In this document: positions 60,513 to 64,000 of the stretch, piece after piece
How the letters are laid out: each line of letters begins with the position of its first letter
Position numbering within the stretch: position 1 is the stretch's first letter
Assembly (NCBI GenBank): GCA_000378865.1
Contig: KB900441.1
Span: forward strand, 3,644 to 67,643
From: an actinobacterium SCGC AAA278-I18
GTDB taxonomy: Bacteria; Actinomycetota; Actinomycetes; Nanopelagicales; Nanopelagicaceae
Direction of reading: 5' to 3'
DNA length: 64,000 nt
Notes under the pieces: generated by a model
Told to the model about the DNA's origin: nothing
Databases searched by the model: none
The model's input: only the letters and a program-made list of their open reading frames with translations
Program-made: the position numbers and the translations under genes

Positions 60513-61523
60513 GTGGCACCTCGTGTTGGAATTGCAGGGTATGGATTAGCTGGGCGATATTTTCACGCCCCACTCCTTAAAGGTGCTGATTTTGAAATTG
60601 CTGGAGTACTAACTACAAATACTGAACGAAAGTTAGCCGTAATTTCAGATTTTCCTAATGCTCAAGTTGTAGCCAGTATTGATGAGCTCTTAAAGTTAAA
60701 TCTTGATTTACTAGTTGTAGCAACTATTAATAGTTCACATGCCCAATTAGCAATTGCTGGCCTTAGAGCAGGTGTGCCAGTTGTAGTAGATAAACCGATG
60801 GGACGAACATTAAAGGAGACGCAGGAGATAATTGAAGTCTCTAAGCAAACTAAGGTTGCAGTAACAACCTATTTTAATCGCAAGTGGGATAGTGATGCCC
60901 TTACCATTAAGAAGGTAATTAAAGAGGGAAAGCTAGGAAAGGTATTTAGATTAGATTCTAGATTCGAAAGATTTCGCCCAGATTTAACACCGGACTCATG
61001 GCGTGAGAACTCAACTGCGCAAGAAGGTGGCGGAAATTTATTAGATCTACAGCCACACCTAATTTCCACAGCACTTGATTGGTTTGGTCCAGCAAAGTTA
61101 GTAGCAGCATCGGTTAGATCAATTCGGGGTGGATCAGATGATGACATTACCTTGGTGCTCAAGCATGAAAGTGGTGTCGATTCATACTTATCAGCAAGTG
61201 CCATTAATGGCGCGCCAGGTCCAAGAATTAGAATTACTGGCGATGCAGGCTCATTAATAATTAATGATCTAGATCCGCAGGAGGATTTACTTCGCAGCGG
61301 GCAATATCCAAAGGGTGGGGCTTGGGGACAAAGCACAAAAAGTCTTACATATCTGCAATACGGGGATGAAAAGATTGAGTATCCAGGCGTTGATGGAAAT
61401 TATGCGCAGTTTTATCTCCAGGTTAGGCAGGCGCTATCAGGTGGTATTTGGCCAGTTACTACTGAGGAGATTATTTCAGTTGCAACAATCATTGATCAGG
61501 CTAGAGAGATTTCTTTTAGGTAG
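60513..61523 (+). CDS. Gfo/Idh/MocA family oxidoreductase
   Basis: GYGLAG, VVDKP, NRKWD, LLDLQPH. Confidence 0.9.
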   Translation: MAPRVGIAGYGLAGRYFHAPLLKGADFEIAGVLTTNTERKLAVISDFPNAQVVASIDELLKLNLDLLVVATINSSHAQLAIAGLRAGVPVVVDKPMGRTLKETQEIIEVSKQTKVAVTTYFNRKWDSDALTIKKVIKEGKLGKVFRLDSRFERFRPDLTPDSWRENSTAQEGGGNLLDLQPHLISTALDWFGPAKLVAASVRSIRGGSDDDITLVLKHESGVDSYLSASAINGAPGPRIRITGDAGSLIINDLDPQEDLLRSGQYPKGGAWGQSTKSLTYLQYGDEKIEYPGVDGNYAQFYLQVRQALSGGIWPVTTEEIISVATIIDQAREISFR

Positions 61524-61524
61524 A

Positions 61525-62412
61525 TTAAACAACTAGTGCAGTAAGTGCGCTAGCAACAAATGGGTAATCAAATTCAAACTTAGCATCGGTTAGAACCTTT
61601 GGTATTACTCGCTTTGAACCAAGCAGCTCGGAAGAGAAGCCACCTAAAACTGCCCGAAGGGCAAATGCAGGAGCTGGGAAAAAAGCTGGTCGCTTCATTG
61701 CATGTGCTAATGCAGCTGTGAACTCTTGATTTGTTACCGGATTTGGCGCAGTTAAGTTAACTGGTCCATCTATTTTAGAGTTAAGTAGAAAGATCATCGC
61801 TCTAATTTGATCATGCAAAGTAATCCATGACCACCACTGCTTACCAGAACCTAACTTTCCACCAACTCCAAATTTAAATATCGGTAGCATTTGTCCTAAT
61901 GCGCCACCAGTTGGGTCTAATACTATTCCAGTACGCAATTTAATAGTTCTAACACTTGGTGCAAGAGATGCTGCTGCCTCCCACTCTCTGCAAACTATTG
62001 AGAGAAAATCACCACCACCACCATCTGCTTCAGTAACTGCACGGTTACCAGTCTCACCATAATGACCAATTGCACTTGCTGAAATAAAGACCGATGGCTT
62101 TAGCTGTTCACATGCAGTAGCAATTGTGGTTGTACCAAGAAGACGAGAGTTTAATATTTCAGAGCGGTATGCAGCAGACCAACGCTTTCCACCAACTGAT
62201 GCACCGGCTAAATGAAATACCGCATCTACTCCTTCTATTGAGTTGGTATCAATCTCACCCTTAATTGGGTCCCAAAAGACCTCATCGGCTGTTCTAACTG
62301 GCCGCCTTACTAATTTTTGTACCTGATATCCATCACTTTTTAATTGAGCAACTAGGGCTGTTCCTATTAATCCAGTTACACCAGTTACAGCAACTCTATT
62401 TATTCTTGGCAC
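61525..62412 (-). CDS. TIGR01777 family NAD-dependent epimerase/oxidoreductase
   Basis: TGVTGLIG, HLAG, SASAIG, LGSGKQWWSWI. Confidence 0.9.
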   Translation of the reverse strand: MPRINRVAVTGVTGLIGTALVAQLKSDGYQVQKLVRRPVRTADEVFWDPIKGEIDTNSIEGVDAVFHLAGASVGGKRWSAAYRSEILNSRLLGTTTIATACEQLKPSVFISASAIGHYGETGNRAVTEADGGGGDFLSIVCREWEAAASLAPSVRTIKLRTGIVLDPTGGALGQMLPIFKFGVGGKLGSGKQWWSWITLHDQIRAMIFLLNSKIDGPVNLTAPNPVTNQEFTAALAHAMKRPAFFPAPAFALRAVLGGFSSELLGSKRVIPKVLTDAKFEFDYPFVASALTALVV

Positions 62413-62414
62413 TA

Positions 62415-64000
62415 TTACAAACCAAGATCTGATTCGAAGCGACCTTCTTCTAATCGATCTTTTAAAGTAACTAGGAAGCGAGCAGCATCAGCGCCATCAA
62501 CAACACGGTGGTCATATGAGAGTGCAAGATAAACCATTGAGCGAATAGCAATTGTTTCACCACCATCTGCATCCTTAACTGCAACTGGTCTCTTAACAAC
62601 TGCACCTAAACCAAGGATTGCAACCTGTGGTTGATTGATAATTGGAGTATCAAAGAGAGCGCCGCGAGATCCAGTATTTGTGATGGTAAATGTTCCGCCA
62701 CCTAACTCATCTGGTGTAATTTTATTCTCTCTAGTTCGTGCTGCAACATCTGAGATTCTTCTAGCAACTCCACCCATATTTAAATCACCAGCATCTTTAA
62801 CAACTGGTACTAATAATCCACGATCGGTATCAACTGCAACACCTAAATGCTCTGCTGCATGATAAGTAATCTGCTCACCTTCAACAGATGAGTTTAAAAC
62901 TGGATGTTGCTTTAATGCTTCACAAACTGCAACTGCAAAAAATGGTAGAAAGGTTAACTTAACTCCCTCTCGCTCTTCAAAGGATGCTTTAGCAGCAGTA
63001 CGCAAGCGATCAATCTTTGTTACATCAACTTCAACTACTGTTGTAAGTTGAGCAGAGATCTTTAAAGACTCCACCATACGATCGGCAATAACTTTGCGAA
63101 GCCTGGACATACTTACTGTTGTGCCACGAAGGGGTGAAGCTACAACTGGTTGTCGAGGAGCAGATGGTGCAGTGGTGGTAGTTGGAGTTTGAATACTTGC
63201 CATTGCAACTGCAGTTGGTGTGGCGGCAGCTCGGGGAGTGGCTGCCAAAATATCCTCTTTGCGAATTCGTCCGCCAATACCAGTTCCCTTAATAGTTGAA
63301 AGATTCACGCCAGCTTCAGCAGCAAGTTTTCTGACTATTGGCGTTACATATGAATCATCTGCTCTTATCGGCGCAGCAGATGCAATTGGAGTTTGAATAA
63401 TTGGAGTTTGAATAATTGGAGCAGCGGCAACGAGAGCTGGTTTAGATACAGCTGGGGCTATAGGAGCTGGCTTTGGTATAGCAGCAGCGCCGGAAACTCC
63501 GATTGATGCCAGACGGGCACCAACTGGCACAGTTGAATCTACTGCAACATCAATACTTAAAATAGTTCCAGATACTGGAGATGGAATCTCAGTATCAACC
63601 TTGTCGGTTGAAACCTCAAGCAGTGCCTCATCTGCAGATACCAGATCACCAACACTTTTAAGCCATCTAGTTACAGTTCCTTCAGTTACTGATTCACCAA
63701 GTGCTGGCATTGAAACAATAGTTGCACCAGCGGTATTGGCTGAAGTATTTGTAGCCATAGATTGAATAATTGGTTGCGCAACAATATTTGGCACTATCAC
63801 CGCTGGCTCAATATTTTTTTCTACTTTAGGGGTAGTAATAGGTGGTTTTGGTTGCACAACTAAAACATCAGGCTTGGCATTTGAATCTACTGACTCTGCA
63901 ATTACTGCAAGCTCTGCCCCAACCGGGACAGTTGAATCAACCGCAACAACAATTTTTTGTAATACACCTGCAACAGGGGATGGAATCTCAGTATCAACCT
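62415..64000 (-). CDS. sucB: 2-oxoacid dehydrogenase E2 (SucB/DlaT), 5' end outside the window, at least two lipoyl domains
   Basis: TDKVDTEIPSP lipoyl motif with a second copy in frame at the window edge; E3-binding GTGIGGRI; catalytic DHRVVDG. Confidence 0.93.
   Translation of the reverse strand, partial: VDTEIPSPVAGVLQKIVVAVDSTVPVGAELAVIAESVDSNAKPDVLVVQPKPPITTPKVEKNIEPAVIVPNIVAQPIIQSMATNTSANTAGATIVSMPALGESVTEGTVTRWLKSVGDLVSADEALLEVSTDKVDTEIPSPVSGTILSIDVAVDSTVPVGARLASIGVSGAAAIPKPAPIAPAVSKPALVAAAPIIQTPIIQTPIASAAPIRADDSYVTPIVRKLAAEAGVNLSTIKGTGIGGRIRKEDILAATPRAAATPTAVAMASIQTPTTTTAPSAPRQPVVASPLRGTTVSMSRLRKVIADRMVESLKISAQLTTVVEVDVTKIDRLRTAAKASFEEREGVKLTFLPFFAVAVCEALKQHPVLNSSVEGEQITYHAAEHLGVAVDTDRGLLVPVVKDAGDLNMGGVARRISDVAARTRENKITPDELGGGTFTITNTGSRGALFDTPIINQPQVAILGLGAVVKRPVAVKDADGGETIAIRSMVYLALSYDHRVVDGADAARFLVTLKDRLEEGRFESDLGL
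63384..63421. repeat. 15-bp tandem duplication in the E2 linker
   Basis: AATTGGAGTTTGAAT x2.5, encoding PIIQT PIIQT P. Confidence 0.75.

Overview
Gene-dense chromosomal segment, about 40-42% GC by eye, from a streamlined actinobacterium. Gene content, low GC and tiny spacers fit the freshwater acI lineage (Ca. Nanopelagicales); that placement is inference. It holds about 67 CDS, mostly housekeeping: dinG, ald, SAM-IV riboswitch-metY-metX, principal sigma factor, topo IV parE/parC, sepH, rplS-khpA-rimM-trmD, dut, trkA pair, acnA, dxs, fadA/fadB, rnd, glk locus, glnA, lipAB and a sucB/dlaT cut by the window end. A small accessory block at about 46.9-53.9 kb carries a Cas4-like nuclease, blh, a LysE exporter, a Ni transporter, CopC and an MFS transporter. 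I saw no rRNA, tRNA, CRISPR array, IS or prophage. Most notable: (1) the principal sigma factor appears to carry an RNA polymerase alpha-CTD-like domain in its N-terminus; (2) ParC has no C-terminal pinwheel domain; (3) L19 with an acidic tail sits in the usual S16 slot; (4) about 28 genes show a leaderless -10/6-7 nt/start layout; (5) PafBC-type promoters precede a small 4-Cys protein and the Cas4-like nuclease; (6) a sensor-less histidine kinase overlaps an acyl-CoA synthetase. All calls come from motif recognition; no searches were run.
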